Shown here: piece after piece, positions 39,383-51,488 of the stretch
Numbering within the stretch: position 1 is the stretch's first letter
How the letters are laid out: each line of letters starts with the position of its first letter
Assembly: GCA_050173345.1 (NCBI GenBank)
Contig: JBFXKW010000002.1
Span: forward strand, 79,938-143,937
Length of the DNA: 64,000 nucleotides
Source of the DNA: Alphaproteobacteria bacterium
GTDB taxonomy: Bacteria; Pseudomonadota; Alphaproteobacteria; UBA828
Reading direction: 5' to 3'
The notes under the pieces: model-generated
Database searches by the model: none
What the model was told of the DNA's origin: nothing
What the model saw: the letters and a program-made list of their open reading frames with translations, nothing else
Made by a program: the position numbers and the translations under genes

Positions 39383-39732
39383 TGCCCCTGCTCAGCAAGG
39401 ACATGGTGCCGACGCTCGTCGCCAATGGCGGCTCGACGCGCGTCAACGCCTCGGTCGCGCCCAAGTTCAAGAAGGGCGACAAGGTGCTGGCGCGCAACCT
39501 CAACCCGCCGGGCCATATCCGCCTGCCGCGCTACGCGCGAGGCAAGCGGGGCGAGGTGGTGGTCGATCACGGCGTCTTCGTGTTCCCGGATACCAACGCG
39601 CACGGCAAGGGCGAAAAGGCGCAGCACGTCTATACCGTGCGCTTCGCCGCGCGCGACGTGTTCGGCCCGGCGGCGGGCGCCAAGGACGCCGTCTACGCCG
39701 ACCTGTGGGACGACTATCTCGACCCGGCCTGA
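39382..39732 (+). CDS. Nitrile hydratase beta subunit, C-terminal half (separate, translationally coupled ORF)
   Basis: ATG overlaps the preceding TGA (TGATG), with AAGGGAGG 6 nt upstream. 'APKFKKGDKVLARNL…GEVVVDHGVFVFPDTNAHGKGEKAQHVYTVRFAARDVFGP' matches the beta C-terminal barrel. Confidence 0.8.
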   Translation: MPLLSKDMVPTLVANGGSTRVNASVAPKFKKGDKVLARNLNPPGHIRLPRYARGKRGEVVVDHGVFVFPDTNAHGKGEKAQHVYTVRFAARDVFGPAAGAKDAVYADLWDDYLDPA

Positions 39733-39748
39733 GCGGGAGCCCGCCCCC

Positions 39749-40156
39749 GTGGTCTCGCCCACCGCCCTCGATGAGACGCCCGGCCTGCCGCGCGACCGCG
39801 ACGGCCCGCTGTTCGCCGAGCCGTGGCAGGCGCAGGCCTTCGCGCTCACCGTGAAGCTGCACGAGGCTGGGCACTTCACCTGGCCCGAATGGGTGGCGTA
39901 TCTGAGCCGCGAGGTCGCGGCTGGCGCGCCGGCGGGTGCATCAGGCGCCGAAACCGTCTATTATCTGCAGTGGCTGGCCGCACTCGAGAAGCTGGCCTCC
40001 GACAAGGGATTGACCTCGCCCGCCGCGCTCGCCGCCCGCAAGGCCGAATGGCTGGCGGCCCACGGCGCGACGGCGTTCGGCGAGCCGGTTACGCTCGAAG
40101 CGGCGCACAGGCACGACCATGAGCATGACGGCAGGAAGCAAGGGGAACAAACATGA
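39749..40156 (+). CDS. Nitrile hydratase accessory/activator protein (beta-homolog, P14K-like)
   Basis: GTG at 39749. 'FAEPWQAQAFALTVKLHEAGHFTWPEWVAYL' is the beta-like motif typical of NHase metallochaperone/activator proteins. ~135 aa with a His-rich tail. Confidence 0.65.
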   Translation: MVSPTALDETPGLPRDRDGPLFAEPWQAQAFALTVKLHEAGHFTWPEWVAYLSREVAAGAPAGASGAETVYYLQWLAALEKLASDKGLTSPAALAARKAEWLAAHGATAFGEPVTLEAAHRHDHEHDGRKQGEQT

Positions 40157-40341
40157 CGGTGAAGAAGGCAGCGCGTGAGGGGCACGTTTCTGCGTGGGCG
40201 GCGTTCGTGCGGGCTTGGCCGGTGGCGATCGCCGTGATGCTGGGCGTCGGCCTCATCTATGGCGCGGGCTTCGCCGGCTCCGAGGTGCTGCACGATGCGG
40301 CGCATGACGCGCGCCACTCCTTCACCTTCCCCTGCCACTGA
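40153..40341 (+). CDS. cbtB: Cobalt transporter subunit CbtB
   Basis: 62 aa, one TM segment, then 'YGAGFAGSEVLHDAAHDARHSFTFPCH' His-rich tail characteristic of CbtB. It overlaps the preceding stop (ATGA). Confidence 0.75.
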   Translation: MTVKKAAREGHVSAWAAFVRAWPVAIAVMLGVGLIYGAGFAGSEVLHDAAHDARHSFTFPCH

Positions 40342-40359
40342 GCGCCGGGAGCCCCCGCC

Positions 40360-41208
40360 ATGATCGGACGTCCCGCCCCGAGCGGCAACGGCCACGACGC
40401 CGCCCTGGCTCGCCGCCCCGCCGCGATCGGCCTGGACCGGCTGCGCCAGATCGTTCTGGTCGCGCTGATCGCCGGCGTGCTCGCCGGCCTCGCGCTCACC
40501 GGCCTGCAGCGCATCGCCGTGGTGCCCATGATCCTCGAGGCCGAAACCTACGAGACCGCCGCCGGCGGCCATGAGCACGGCCATGACGATGCCGCGGCCG
40601 CCACAGGCGCGGACGCCCACCAGCATGACAGCGCCCAGGCGCACGAGCACGAGTCCGCCGCGGCGGCGCCAACGGACGCCGCCGACGAGGGCGACGCCAA
40701 TCGCTTCTGGCTGACGCTCGCCGCCAACCTGGTCTCCGCGGCCGGCTTCGGGCTGCTGCTCGCCGCCGGCATGAGCCTGCTCGCCGCCACCGGAAGGCGC
40801 ATCGACTGGCGCAAGGGGCTGCTCTGGGGCCTCGCCGGCTTCGGTGCCTTCCAGCTCGCGCCCGCGCTCGGCCTGCCGCCGGAACTCCCGGGCTCCGCCG
40901 CGGCCGAGCTCGGCGCGCGCCAGGGCTGGTGGCTGCTCACCGTGCTCCTGACCGGCATCGGCCTCGCCTGGGCCGCCTTCGCGCCGCGCTATTGGCTGCG
41001 GCCGCTCGCGGTGGTGCCGATCATCATCCCGCATCTGATCGGCGCGCCGCAGCCCGAGCACCATGGCGGCCTCGCGCCCGAATCGCTGGCGACCGGCTTC
41101 ATCTACGCCTCGCTGATCACCAATTTCGTGTTCTGGATCGGCCTCGGCGCCCTCGCCGGCTACGCCCACGCCTGGTTCGAGCGGCGCGGCGCGGCGGCGC
41201 GGGCCTGA
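40360..41208 (+). CDS. cbtA: Cobalt transporter subunit CbtA
   Basis: 282 aa, five TM segments. His-rich loops (HEHGHDD…HQHD…HEHE) and the conserved C-terminal CbtA core. Confidence 0.8.
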   Translation: MIGRPAPSGNGHDAALARRPAAIGLDRLRQIVLVALIAGVLAGLALTGLQRIAVVPMILEAETYETAAGGHEHGHDDAAAATGADAHQHDSAQAHEHESAAAAPTDAADEGDANRFWLTLAANLVSAAGFGLLLAAGMSLLAATGRRIDWRKGLLWGLAGFGAFQLAPALGLPPELPGSAAAELGARQGWWLLTVLLTGIGLAWAAFAPRYWLRPLAVVPIIIPHLIGAPQPEHHGGLAPESLATGFIYASLITNFVFWIGLGALAGYAHAWFERRGAAARA

Positions 41209-41284
41209 GCGCGGCGCGGGGGCCTCTGGATTCCGGATGCCGCCGCGCCCATCTCGAAGTCATAGGCAAGACGGGGAGCGGACC

Positions 41285-41620
41285 ATGAGCACTGCCCTAT
41301 CGCGCCGCCGGTTTCTGCTCGGCACGGTGTTCGCCAGCCTCGGCGGCGGGCTCGCGCTGTCGGCCGCCGGCAAGGCGCATGCGCTGTCGAGCGAGCCGCT
41401 GCCGCACAATCTGCGCTCGCTCTATCTCGCAGGCTGCCAGCGCGCCGGCGAGCACGAAGCCTTGATCGACCAGGTGCTCGCCCAGCTTCGCGACGACGGC
41501 GTCAATGTCGACGACCCCGCGATACGCCAGGCCGCGCTCGACACCACCTATTGCAGCATCTGCGGCTGCCCCTTGAGCCAGCACGCGAGAAAAAGCCCGC
41601 CCGTCTCCTCCGGCACCTGA
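41285..41620 (+). CDS. Small TAT-signal protein with a C-terminal CSICGC cysteine motif, function unknown
   Basis: 'MSTALSRRRFLLGTVFASLGGGLALSAAGKAHA' twin-arginine leader. The mature ~75-aa domain ends with YCSICGCPLSQH. It is the last gene of the nthA-cbtA string. Confidence 0.45.
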   Translation: MSTALSRRRFLLGTVFASLGGGLALSAAGKAHALSSEPLPHNLRSLYLAGCQRAGEHEALIDQVLAQLRDDGVNVDDPAIRQAALDTTYCSICGCPLSQHARKSPPVSSGT

Positions 41621-41632
41621 GGCCGGCGCGGC

Positions 41633-43438
<1,806 letters not shown>

Positions 43439-43510
43439 TCAGGAACGATCTGTGCGCCAGCCATGAGTATGAAACCGGTTGCTTCTGCTATATCGCGAGG
43501 CCGCCGGCAC

Positions 43511-43735
43511 TCAAAGCTGCTCGAATTCCTCCGTGGAGAGCCCCGCTTGTCGGAGAATGCTTCGGAGCGTGCCCGTAGAGACCTCTCGATGTGCCGGAAC
43601 GATCGCCGTGCGAACGACCGCACCTTCTGTCTTTACAAATTTCACATGGCTACCTTTTCGACTGGCCTCGGCAAAGCCAGCCGCCATGAGCTTCCGCCTG
43701 ACCTCGCGATAGGCAAGTGGTCTAAGAGGTGCCAA
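43511..43735 (-). CDS. hicA: HicA-family mRNA interferase toxin
   Basis: 74 aa. 'KGSHVKF' motif and dsRBD-like fold signature of HicA. It overlaps the hicB stop by 14 nt. Confidence 0.7.
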   Translation of the reverse strand: MAPLRPLAYREVRRKLMAAGFAEASRKGSHVKFVKTEGAVVRTAIVPAHREVSTGTLRSILRQAGLSTEEFEQL

Positions 43736-43928
43736 CCTCCACCTCGATCGGACGAATCGCGGGCAGGTCTGTTGCGCAAGGCGGCTCGAAGTGCAAGGTC
43801 AACGCTTCCTTCAGATTGTCCAGTGCCTCGGCCTCGGTCTCTCCTTGGCTTGCGACATCAACCTCCAGGCATTGCGCGACATACCATTCGCCCTCATGGG
43901 TGAGGCTTGCCGAAAATGTCCGTGTCAT
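43722..43928 (-). CDS. hicB: HicB-family antitoxin
   Basis: Start at the internal ATG (MTRTFSASLTHEGEWYVAQCLEVDVASQGETEAEALDNLKEAL), the partial RNase-H-like fold of HicB. ~68 aa. Confidence 0.65.
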   Translation of the reverse strand: MTRTFSASLTHEGEWYVAQCLEVDVASQGETEAEALDNLKEALTLHFEPPCATDLPAIRPIEVEVGTS

Positions 43929-44005
43929 TTCATCGATCCTCCGATCGTGGAGACCCGCCGGAGAGAAGGTCATGATCGCAATGTAGGGGATGGCGAGGCG
44001 AGCTT

Positions 44006-46411
44006 CTATCCCCTGAGCCGACCGCCGGTCGCTTTCTCGACCGCCTGGACCACCTTCTTGGCCACCGCCTCGATCTCGGCGTCGGTGAGCGTACGGTCCT
44101 GCGGCTCGAGGCGCACGGTGATGGCGAGCGATTTGGTGCCGGGCTCAAGCCCCTCGCCCGCATAGGCGTCGAACAGGCGCACGTCCGCGATCAGGGCGCG
44201 GTCGGCGACGCGCGCCGCCTTGAGCACCGCCTCGGCCGCGACCTCGGCGTCGAGGATGAAGGCGAAATCGCGTTCGACCGCCTGGAACTCGGAGGCCTTG
44301 AGCGACGGGCGCGCCTTGCCCGCCTTCTCCTTGGGCAGCGGCAGCGCGTCGAGGAACAGCTCGAAGGCCGCGACCGGCGCTTCGAGATCGAGCTTCGCGA
44401 GCACGGCCGGATGAAGCTCGCCGAACTGGGCGACGATGCCGGCACCCAGTCTCAGGCAGCCCGAGCGGCCCGGATGATACCAGGCCGGCGCGTCCGCCGT
44501 GGTCTGCAGCGAGGCGGCCGGCCCGCCGATCGCGGCGACCGCGCCGAGCACGTCGGCCTTGGCGTCGAAGGCGTCCACCGTGCGCGCGCGCCCCTGCCAG
44601 TGCCGCGGCAGCGCCTCACCGGTGCGGATACCGGCGGCGACGATCCGCTGGCCCGCGGGCGTGTCGTCCCGATATTGCGGCCCGATCTCGAACAGGCCAA
44701 CCGAGGCCATGCCGCGCGCCGCGTTACGCGCCGCGGCGCCGAGCAGGTTGGGCAGGATCGAGGGCCGCATCACGTCGAGATCGGCGCTGATCGGGTTGGC
44801 GAGCCGGAGCGAATCGGGCACGCCGCCGAACAGCGCAGCCCGTTCGCCCGACATGAACGACCAGGTCACCGCCTCATGCAAGCCGCGCGCGGCGAGCGCG
44901 CGCCGCGCCAGCCTGACCCGGCGCTGGCCGGCGTCGAGCGCAGGCTGCGGCTCGGCCGTCGCCCGCCTGAGCGAGACCGCCGGGATCGCGTCATAGCCCT
45001 TGATGCGCAGCACCTCCTCGACGATGTCGGCCTCGCCCGCGATGTCGCTGCGCCAGGAGGGCGGCACGATGCGATAATGTTCGCCGCCGCCTTCGACCTC
45101 GAAGCCGAGCGCGCCGAGGATGGCGCGCGTCTCGGCCTCGGGCACGTCGAGCCCGCCGAGCGAGGCGAGGCGCGAATGCCTGAACGCGATCGAGCGACGC
45201 CAGGCGGGCTCCGCGCCCGCCACCACCGGCTCGCTCGGCTCGCCGCCGCAGAGATCGAGGATCAACCGGGTCACCGCCTCCATGCCAGGATGCGCGAAGG
45301 CGGGATCGACGCCGCGCTCGAAGCGGTAGCGCGCGTCGCTCTCGATCGCGAGCTTGCGCCCCGTCGCCGCGGTACGCTTGGGGTCGAACAGCGCGATCTC
45401 GACGAACACATTGCTTGTCGCCTCGGTGCAGCCCGAGCTCGCACCGCCCATCACGCCGGCGAGCGAGAGCACGCCGGTCTCGTCGCCGATCGCGGTCATC
45501 TCGCCGTCGAGCGCGTAGCTCTTGCCGTTGAGCGCGAGGAATTCTTTGCCGCCGCAACCGAGCCTGAGCCAGAGATGACCGCCCTTGATCCGGTCGGCGT
45601 CGAAGACGTGCACCGGCCGGTTCAGGTCGAAGGTCACGAAGTTCGTGATGTCGACCAGCGCCGAGATCGGCCTGAGGCCGACCGCGCGCAGCCGGTCCTG
45701 CAGCCATTTCGGGCTCGGGCCGTTGTTCACCCCGCGCACATAGCGGCCGATGAAGAGCGGGCAGGCATCCTCCTTGCCCGGCGGGAAGTCGAGGCGCACC
45801 CCGAGCGGGCTCTCGAACCGGCCGGGCACCGGCGCGGGCACCGGCGTCCTGAGCCGGCCGATGCCCTTGGCCGCGAGGTGCCGCGCGATGCCGCCGACGC
45901 CGAGGCAGTCCGCCCTATCCGGCGTGATCGCGAGGGTGAGGATCGGGTCGTCGAGCCCCATCACCGAGGCGAACGGCTTGCCGACCGGCGCGTCCGCCGG
46001 CAGCTCGATGATGCCGGCATGCTCGTCCGACAGCCCCATCTCGCGCTCGGAGCACAGCATGCCGTTGCTCTCGGCGCCGCGGATCACGGATTTCTTGAGG
46101 TGCAGGCCGGTGCCCGGGATCACCGTGCCGGCCGGCGCGAACACGCCCTTCATGCCGGTGCGCGCGTTGGGCGCGCCGCACACCACGTTGACCTTCTCCT
46201 GGCCGGTATCGACGATGCAGACGCGGAGCTTGTCGGCGTTCGGGTGCGGCTTCGCCTCGACCACGTAGGCGACCGTGAAGGGCGCAAGGCGCGCGGCGTG
46301 GTCGGTGATTTCCTCGACCTCGAGGCCGATCGAGGTCAGCGCGTCGGCGATGGCGTTGACGTCGGCGTCGGTTTCGAGATGCGTCCTCAGCCAGGACAGG
46401 GTGAACTTCAC
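44006..46411 (-). CDS. pheT: Phenylalanine-tRNA ligase beta subunit
   Basis: 801 aa. '[16 protein letters not shown]' canonical start. The tRNA-binding, B3/B4, B5 and anticodon-binding domains are conserved. Confidence 0.95.
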   Translation of the reverse strand: MKFTLSWLRTHLETDADVNAIADALTSIGLEVEEITDHAARLAPFTVAYVVEAKPHPNADKLRVCIVDTGQEKVNVVCGAPNARTGMKGVFAPAGTVIPGTGLHLKKSVIRGAESNGMLCSEREMGLSDEHAGIIELPADAPVGKPFASVMGLDDPILTLAITPDRADCLGVGGIARHLAAKGIGRLRTPVPAPVPGRFESPLGVRLDFPPGKEDACPLFIGRYVRGVNNGPSPKWLQDRLRAVGLRPISALVDITNFVTFDLNRPVHVFDADRIKGGHLWLRLGCGGKEFLALNGKSYALDGEMTAIGDETGVLSLAGVMGGASSGCTEATSNVFVEIALFDPKRTAATGRKLAIESDARYRFERGVDPAFAHPGMEAVTRLILDLCGGEPSEPVVAGAEPAWRRSIAFRHSRLASLGGLDVPEAETRAILGALGFEVEGGGEHYRIVPPSWRSDIAGEADIVEEVLRIKGYDAIPAVSLRRATAEPQPALDAGQRRVRLARRALAARGLHEAVTWSFMSGERAALFGGVPDSLRLANPISADLDVMRPSILPNLLGAAARNAARGMASVGLFEIGPQYRDDTPAGQRIVAAGIRTGEALPRHWQGRARTVDAFDAKADVLGAVAAIGGPAASLQTTADAPAWYHPGRSGCLRLGAGIVAQFGELHPAVLAKLDLEAPVAAFELFLDALPLPKEKAGKARPSLKASEFQAVERDFAFILDAEVAAEAVLKAARVADRALIADVRLFDAYAGEGLEPGTKSLAITVRLEPQDRTLTDAEIEAVAKKVVQAVEKATGGRLRG

Positions 46412-47520
46412 CGCGACAGCCCCGTCGCCAGGCTCGGCGTATCGAGCGCGCCGAAGCCGTAGTGCCTGAGCCAGCGCAGATCGGCGTCGAAGAAGGTGCG
46501 CAAATCCGGGATACCGTATTTCAGCATGGCGCAGCGCTCGACGCCGAGGCCGAAGGCGAAGCCCTGATAGCGCGTCGGATCGACGCCCGCGAGTTCGAGC
46601 ACCCTCGGATGCACCATGCCGCAGCCGAGGATTTCGAGCCAGTCGCCGCCCTGGCCGAGCTTGAGCTCGCCGGCCTTGCGCGAGCAGCCGATGTCCATCT
46701 CGGCCGACGGCTCGGTGAACGGAAAGAAGCTCGGCCGGAAGCGCACCGGCAGGTCGTCGAGCTCGAAGAAGGCACGCACGAAGTCGATCAGGCAGCCCTT
46801 GAGGTGCCCCATATGGGTCGAGCTGTCGATGACGAGACCCTCGATCTGATGGAACATCGGGGTGTGCGTCATGTCGTAGTCGACGCGATAGGTGCGGCCC
46901 GGCACGATGATGCGATAGGGCGGCGGCCCGGCCTCCATGGTGCGCACCTGCACCGGCGAGGTGTGCGTGCGCAGGAGCTTGGCCTCGCCGTCAGGGCCGG
47001 GCGGCAGGTAGAACGTGTCGTGCATCTGGCGCGCCGGATGCTCGGGCGGGATATTGAGCGCGGTGAAGTTGTGGAAGTCGTCCTCGATGTCCGGCCCTTC
47101 GGCGACCTTGAAGCCCATGTCGGCGAAGATCGCGACCAGCTCGTCGATCACCTGGGTGATCGGGTGGATGCGGCCGTCCTGCTCGGGCCGCGCCGGCAGG
47201 CTGACATCGATCCGCTCGGCGGCGAGCCTTGCATCGAGCGCGACGCCGGCGAGCGCCGCCTTGCGGGCAGCGAGCGCCTCGGTCAGCTCGTCCTTGACGA
47301 CGTTGAGGCGGGCGCCGAGCGCCTTGCGCGCCTCGATGTCCGCAACCGCGCCGAGCGCCTTCATCCGTTCGGTGAGACGGCCCTTGCGGCCGAGCGCGTG
47401 GACCCGCAGCTCTTCGAGCGCCGCGAGGTCGCCGGCGCCTTCTACAGCCGACATCAGCTCGGCGCGCAGCGCCGCGACCTCGTCCACCGCGGCGGCCCCG
47501 GGTTTCGCGCTCTCGCCCAC
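46408..47520 (-). CDS. pheS: Phenylalanine-tRNA ligase alpha subunit
   Basis: Class-II motifs are present (…[17 protein letters not shown]…). The stop overlaps the pheT start (ATGA). An alternative start at the internal 'MSAVEGAG' is possible. Confidence 0.95.
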   Translation of the reverse strand: MGESAKPGAAAVDEVAALRAELMSAVEGAGDLAALEELRVHALGRKGRLTERMKALGAVADIEARKALGARLNVVKDELTEALAARKAALAGVALDARLAAERIDVSLPARPEQDGRIHPITQVIDELVAIFADMGFKVAEGPDIEDDFHNFTALNIPPEHPARQMHDTFYLPPGPDGEAKLLRTHTSPVQVRTMEAGPPPYRIIVPGRTYRVDYDMTHTPMFHQIEGLVIDSSTHMGHLKGCLIDFVRAFFELDDLPVRFRPSFFPFTEPSAEMDIGCSRKAGELKLGQGGDWLEILGCGMVHPRVLELAGVDPTRYQGFAFGLGVERCAMLKYGIPDLRTFFDADLRWLRHYGFGALDTPSLATGLSR

Positions 47521-47528
47521 GCCGGACC

Positions 47529-47894
47529 TTAAGAGCGGCTCGCGCGCGCGGCCTCGGCCTTCTCCACGACCGCCTTGAAGCCGGCGGCGTCGCGTGCCGC
47601 CAGGTCGGCGAGCACCTTGCGGTCGATCTCGATCCCGGCGAGATCGAGGCCGTTGATGAGCTGCGAATAGGTCAGGCCGTGCTCGCGCGCCGCCGCGTTG
47701 ATGCGCTGGATCCAGAGCGCACGGAAAGCGCGCTTCCGGTTGCGGCGGTCGCGATAGGCGTATTGCAGCCCCTTCTCGACCTTCTCGATGGCGATCCGGT
47801 AGTTGGTGCTGGCGCGGCCCCGATAGCCGCGGCCGCGGCCGACCATTTCCTTGTGCCGGGCGTGGGTGGTGACGCCCCGCTTGACGCGTGCCAT
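47529..47894 (-). CDS. rplT: 50S ribosomal protein L20
   Basis: '[16 protein letters not shown]…[16 protein letters not shown]' is highly conserved. Confidence 0.95.
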   Translation of the reverse strand: MARVKRGVTTHARHKEMVGRGRGYRGRASTNYRIAIEKVEKGLQYAYRDRRNRKRAFRALWIQRINAAAREHGLTYSQLINGLDLAGIEIDRKVLADLAARDAAGFKAVVEKAEAARASRS

Positions 47895-47906
47895 GTCTCG
47901 CCTCCC

Positions 47907-48107
47907 TCAGCCGCCGTAGGGGAGCCAGCGCCGCACGTGCTTGGCGTCGCCCTCCTCCAGGATGGCCGAGCCGCGCTGGTTGCGCTTCACCTTGCTGGTC
48001 TTGTCGGTCAGGATATGGCGGTGATACGCCTTGTTGCGGCGCACCTTGCCGGTCGCGGTGAAAGAGAAGCGCTTCTTGGCGCTGCTCTTCGACTTGAGCT
48101 TAGGCAT
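47907..48107 (-). CDS. rpmI: 50S ribosomal protein L35
   Basis: '[14 protein letters not shown]…[14 protein letters not shown]'. 66 aa. Confidence 0.9.
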   Translation of the reverse strand: MPKLKSKSSAKKRFSFTATGKVRRNKAYHRHILTDKTSKVKRNQRGSAILEEGDAKHVRRWLPYGG

Positions 48108-48277
48108 TTTCCAACTCTCTGAATTAGGCGGGTGGCCGCATGGGCGCGACGAAACGGGTGACTGGGCATGCCTGGGCCCGCCCCCCGGAATGAGGCGGCC
48201 GTTTTACAGAGAAGCCAGGGGATTGGCAAGCCCGATCGGGCCGCCGGCAGGGCCGGCCAGGACGCGGCGCGGGCCTC

Positions 48278-48721
48278 TCAGGGCTCCAGCTCGCGCGGGC
48301 CTTCCCTCAGCCAGTGCTGGATGCGTTCGCGCAGGCGCTCCGGGCGGTAGGGCTTCACCAGATAGTCGTCGGCGTCGGTGCCGAGGGCGCGCGTCACGTC
48401 CTCCGGCGAGCCGAGCGCGGTCAGGTAGATGATGCGGGCGCGCAGCAGCGGAAAGTGCAGGCGAATCCGCCGGCAGGTCTCGTAGCCGTCCATCTCGGGC
48501 ATGATGATGTCGAGCAGGATGATGCGCGGGTTGGTCCGCTGCAAGAGCGCAAGGCACTCCGCGCCCGAGCCGACGCCGAGGAAGCCGTGGCCGGCGCGCT
48601 CGATCAGCTCCTTGGTGACGTGCCGGCTGGTCGCGTCGTCGTCCACGCAGAGGACGAGCGCGCCGCGATGCCCGCCCCAGGCGACGCGCGGCCGGTTCGC
48701 CTCGTCGCGCGCCTCGCTCAT
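48278..48721 (-). CDS. Single-domain response regulator (CheY-like receiver)
   Basis: 'LVLCVDDDATSRH…ILLDIIMPEMDGYETCRRIR…DYLVKPY' shows the phospho-acceptor Asp and the DD pair. It is inserted between infC and rpmI. Confidence 0.75.
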   Translation of the reverse strand: MSEARDEANRPRVAWGGHRGALVLCVDDDATSRHVTKELIERAGHGFLGVGSGAECLALLQRTNPRIILLDIIMPEMDGYETCRRIRLHFPLLRARIIYLTALGSPEDVTRALGTDADDYLVKPYRPERLRERIQHWLREGPRELEP

Positions 48722-48965
48722 CGCCGCCGCCCTCCGGCGACGGGCGGAGCGGCCCGCCGGGTACGATGCGGGACGATCGGTCCTGCTTCAGGGAGTTGCG
48801 TTCTGGATGGGAATCGCCGCGTTCGCGCTTCAGCAGGCGTGGAGCCGTTCGCGCTGGTCTGCATCGGATCAGAGCCGGTTTGCCCAGGGTTGCTCCGCCA
48901 ATCCTGCCCGCGATTGGCTAAACGAAGCGTTACCGCAACTTAGATAAGGCGGACTACCCCGCCGG

Positions 48966-49505
48966 CTATTTGTGCGAGATCACCATGGTCATCTGCCGGC
49001 CTTCGAGCTTCGGCATCTGCTCGACCTTGGCGATCTCGGCGAGATCGTCGCGCACGCGCTCCAGCACCTTCGCCCCGAGCTCCTGGTGGACCATCTCGCG
49101 GCCCCGGAAGCGCAAGGTCACCTTGACCTTGTCGCCTTCCTCGAGGAACCGGCGCATGTTGCGCATCTTGACCTGATAGTCCGCGTCATCGATCGTCGGG
49201 CGGAGCTTGATCTCCTTGATCTCGATGACTTTCTGCTTCTTGCGTGCCTCGGATGCCTTCTTCTGGGCTTCGTACTTGTACTTGCCGAAGTCCATCAGCT
49301 TGCACACCGGCGGGTCGGCGTTGGGCGAGACCTCGACGAGGTCGAGCCCGATCTCCTCGGCCATCTCGATGCCGCGGCGCACGCTGACGACGCCAACCTG
49401 GCTGCCGTCGTGACCTATCAGGCGAATTTGGGGTGCGGTGATTTCGTCGTTGACGCGAGGGCCCTCACGCGAGGGCGTGGTCGTCGCGGGAATGAACCTG
49501 GCGAT
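48966..49505 (-). CDS. infC: Translation initiation factor IF-3, with a non-ATG (ATC/ATT) start
   Basis: The track ORF (GTG at 49382) covers only the C-terminal part. The frame stays open upstream and encodes '[28 protein letters not shown]', the conserved IF3 N-domain. The only candidate starts are ATC at 49505 (AAGGGAAG 4 nt upstream) or ATT at 49493, consistent with the autoregulatory AUU/AUC start known for infC. The window contains no alternative infC. Confidence 0.8.
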   Translation of the reverse strand: MARFIPATTTPSREGPRVNDEITAPQIRLIGHDGSQVGVVSVRRGIEMAEEIGLDLVEVSPNADPPVCKLMDFGKYKYEAQKKASEARKKQKVIEIKEIKLRPTIDDADYQVKMRNMRRFLEEGDKVKVTLRFRGREMVHQELGAKVLERVRDDLAEIAKVEQMPKLEGRQMTMVISHK

Positions 49506-49520
49506 GCGTCTTCCCTTTCT

Positions 49521-51488
49521 CTATGACGCCGATGCGGCGGCGGCTTCGGCAGGCGCCGGCTCGGCCTCAGGGGCCGAACGGGCCAATGGTCCGGCCGCCT
49601 CGCCGGTCAGTCTATCGAGCGCCTGATTCAGCGCAAGCACTTCTTGTGCGGCGCCGCCGAGCCGGCGCATGGCGACGCTTTGACTCTCCGCCTCGCGCTT
49701 GCCGACCGCGAGTATGACGGGAATCTTCGCGGAGGAATGCTCGCGTACCTTGTAGCTGATCTTCTCGTTGCGCAGGTCGGTCTCGACGCGCAGGCCGCCC
49801 GCCTTCAGGCGCTCGGCAACCTCTCGGGCATAGCCGTCGCTGTCGTTGGTGATGGTCGCGACCACGGCCTGCACCGGCGCGAGCCAGAGCGGCAGGCGCC
49901 CCGCATGGTTTTCGATCAAGATGCCGATGAAGCGTTCGAGCGAACCCAGGATCGCGCGATGCAGCATGACGGGACGGTGACGCTGCCCGTCCTCGCCGAC
50001 ATAGCTGGCATCCAGCCGCTCGGGCAGCACGAAATCGACCTGCAGCGTGCCGCACTGCCAGTCGCGGCCGATCGCGTCGCGCAGCACGAATTCGAGCTTC
50101 GGCCCGTAGAACGCGCCCTCGCCGGGGTTGAGGGTGTAGTCGAGGCCGGCCGCCTTGCAGGCGTCCTTGAGTGCCTGCTCGGCGCGGTCCCACACCGCGT
50201 CCTCGCCCGCCCGCACCTCGGGCCGGTCCGAGAACTTGACGGTGAAGTCGGGAAAGCCGAAGTCGCGGTAGATGCTGCCGAGCAGCTCGCAGAAGACGCG
50301 GGTCTCCTCGGTGATCTGCTCGGGTGCGCAGAAGATGTGCGCGTCGTCCTGGGTGAAGCCGCGCACGCGCATGATGCCGTGCAGCGCGCCCGACGGCTCG
50401 TAGCGGTGGCACGAGCCGAACTCGGCCATCCTGAGCGGCAGGTCGCGATAGCTCTTCAGCCCGTGGCGGAAGATCTGCACATGGCCGGGGCAGTTCATCG
50501 GCTTCAGCGCGAGCACGCGGTCCTCGGCCTCCGAGGTGAACATGTGCTCGCGGAACTTCTCCCAATGGCCCGAGGCCTCCCACAGCGCGCGGTCGATCAG
50601 GAGCGGCGTGTTGACCTCGACATAGCCGGCGCCTTCGAGCCGGCGGCGCATGTAGTTCTGGACGGTGCGGTAGAGGGTCCAGCCCTTCGGGTGCCAGAAC
50701 ACCATGCCGACCGCCTCGTCCTGGATGTGGAAGAGCGCCATCTCACGGCCGAGCCGGCGATGGTCGCGCTTCTCGGCCTCTTCCAGCCGGGTCAGGTAGG
50801 CGTCGAGGTCGGCCTGGCTGGCCCAGGCGGTGCCGTAGATCCGCTGCAGCATCTCGTTGCGCGAATCGCCGCGCCAATAGGCGCCCGCCAGCTTGAGCAG
50901 CTTGAACGCGGCGACCTTGCCGGTGGACGGCAAATGCGGCCCGCGACAGAGGTCGATGAACTTGCCCTGGCGATAGAGGGTGATCGGCTCGCCGGCCGGG
51001 ATCGCCTCGATGATCTGCGCCTTGTAGTGCTCGCCCTGCTGCTTGAAGAAGTTGATCGCGGCCGAGCGTTCCCACACCTCGCGCACCACCGGCTCGTCGC
51101 GCGCGGCGATCTCCCGCATGCGCGCCTCGATCTTCTCCAGGTCTTCAGGCACGAAGGGAGTCGCTCTCGCGAAATCGTAATAAAAGCCGTCCTCGATCGC
51201 CGGGCCGATGGTGACCTGGACATCGGGGTAGAGCTCCTTGACCGCCTCGGCCATCAGGTGCGCGGCGTCGTGGCGGATCACCTCGAGCGCCGCCGCATCC
51301 TTCGCGGTGACCAGCCGAACCCTGGCGTCCGCCTCGATCGGCCGCGACAGGTCCCAGAGCGCGCCGTCCACCTCGATCAGGAGGGCCGCCTTGGCGAGGC
51401 CGGGCCCGATCGCCGCGGCCAGCTCGGCGCCCGTCACCGGGCGCTCGAAGGCGCGGACGCTGCCGTCGGGAAGGGTCAGGTTTGGCAT
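49521..51488 (-). CDS. thrS: Threonine-tRNA ligase
   Basis: 655 aa. TGS, editing and class-II catalytic motifs (…[26 protein letters not shown]…). It is immediately upstream of infC, as in the canonical thrS-infC-rpmI-rplT-pheST arrangement. Confidence 0.95.
   Translation of the reverse strand: MPNLTLPDGSVRAFERPVTGAELAAAIGPGLAKAALLIEVDGALWDLSRPIEADARVRLVTAKDAAALEVIRHDAAHLMAEAVKELYPDVQVTIGPAIEDGFYYDFARATPFVPEDLEKIEARMREIAARDEPVVREVWERSAAINFFKQQGEHYKAQIIEAIPAGEPITLYRQGKFIDLCRGPHLPSTGKVAAFKLLKLAGAYWRGDSRNEMLQRIYGTAWASQADLDAYLTRLEEAEKRDHRRLGREMALFHIQDEAVGMVFWHPKGWTLYRTVQNYMRRRLEGAGYVEVNTPLLIDRALWEASGHWEKFREHMFTSEAEDRVLALKPMNCPGHVQIFRHGLKSYRDLPLRMAEFGSCHRYEPSGALHGIMRVRGFTQDDAHIFCAPEQITEETRVFCELLGSIYRDFGFPDFTVKFSDRPEVRAGEDAVWDRAEQALKDACKAAGLDYTLNPGEGAFYGPKLEFVLRDAIGRDWQCGTLQVDFVLPERLDASYVGEDGQRHRPVMLHRAILGSLERFIGILIENHAGRLPLWLAPVQAVVATITNDSDGYAREVAERLKAGGLRVETDLRNEKISYKVREHSSAKIPVILAVGKREAESQSVAMRRLGGAAQEVLALNQALDRLTGEAAGPLARSAPEAEPAPAEAAAASAS

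Noticed and set aside
39154-39732. 192-aa ORF that would join parts of both beta-subunit halves in another start context
   Set aside because: Its first 76 codons are an out-of-frame overlap of the beta N-half gene. The conserved beta C-terminal sequence begins at the ATG at 39382 with its own RBS.
38455-39732. Considered thiocyanate hydrolase (scnBAC) instead of nitrile hydratase
   Set aside because: The gene order here is alpha-homolog first, then beta-N and beta-C (SCNase is beta-alpha-gamma). The metal site is the Co-NHase VCTLCSCY. A split-beta NHase, or an SCNase relative, can only be resolved by phylogeny.
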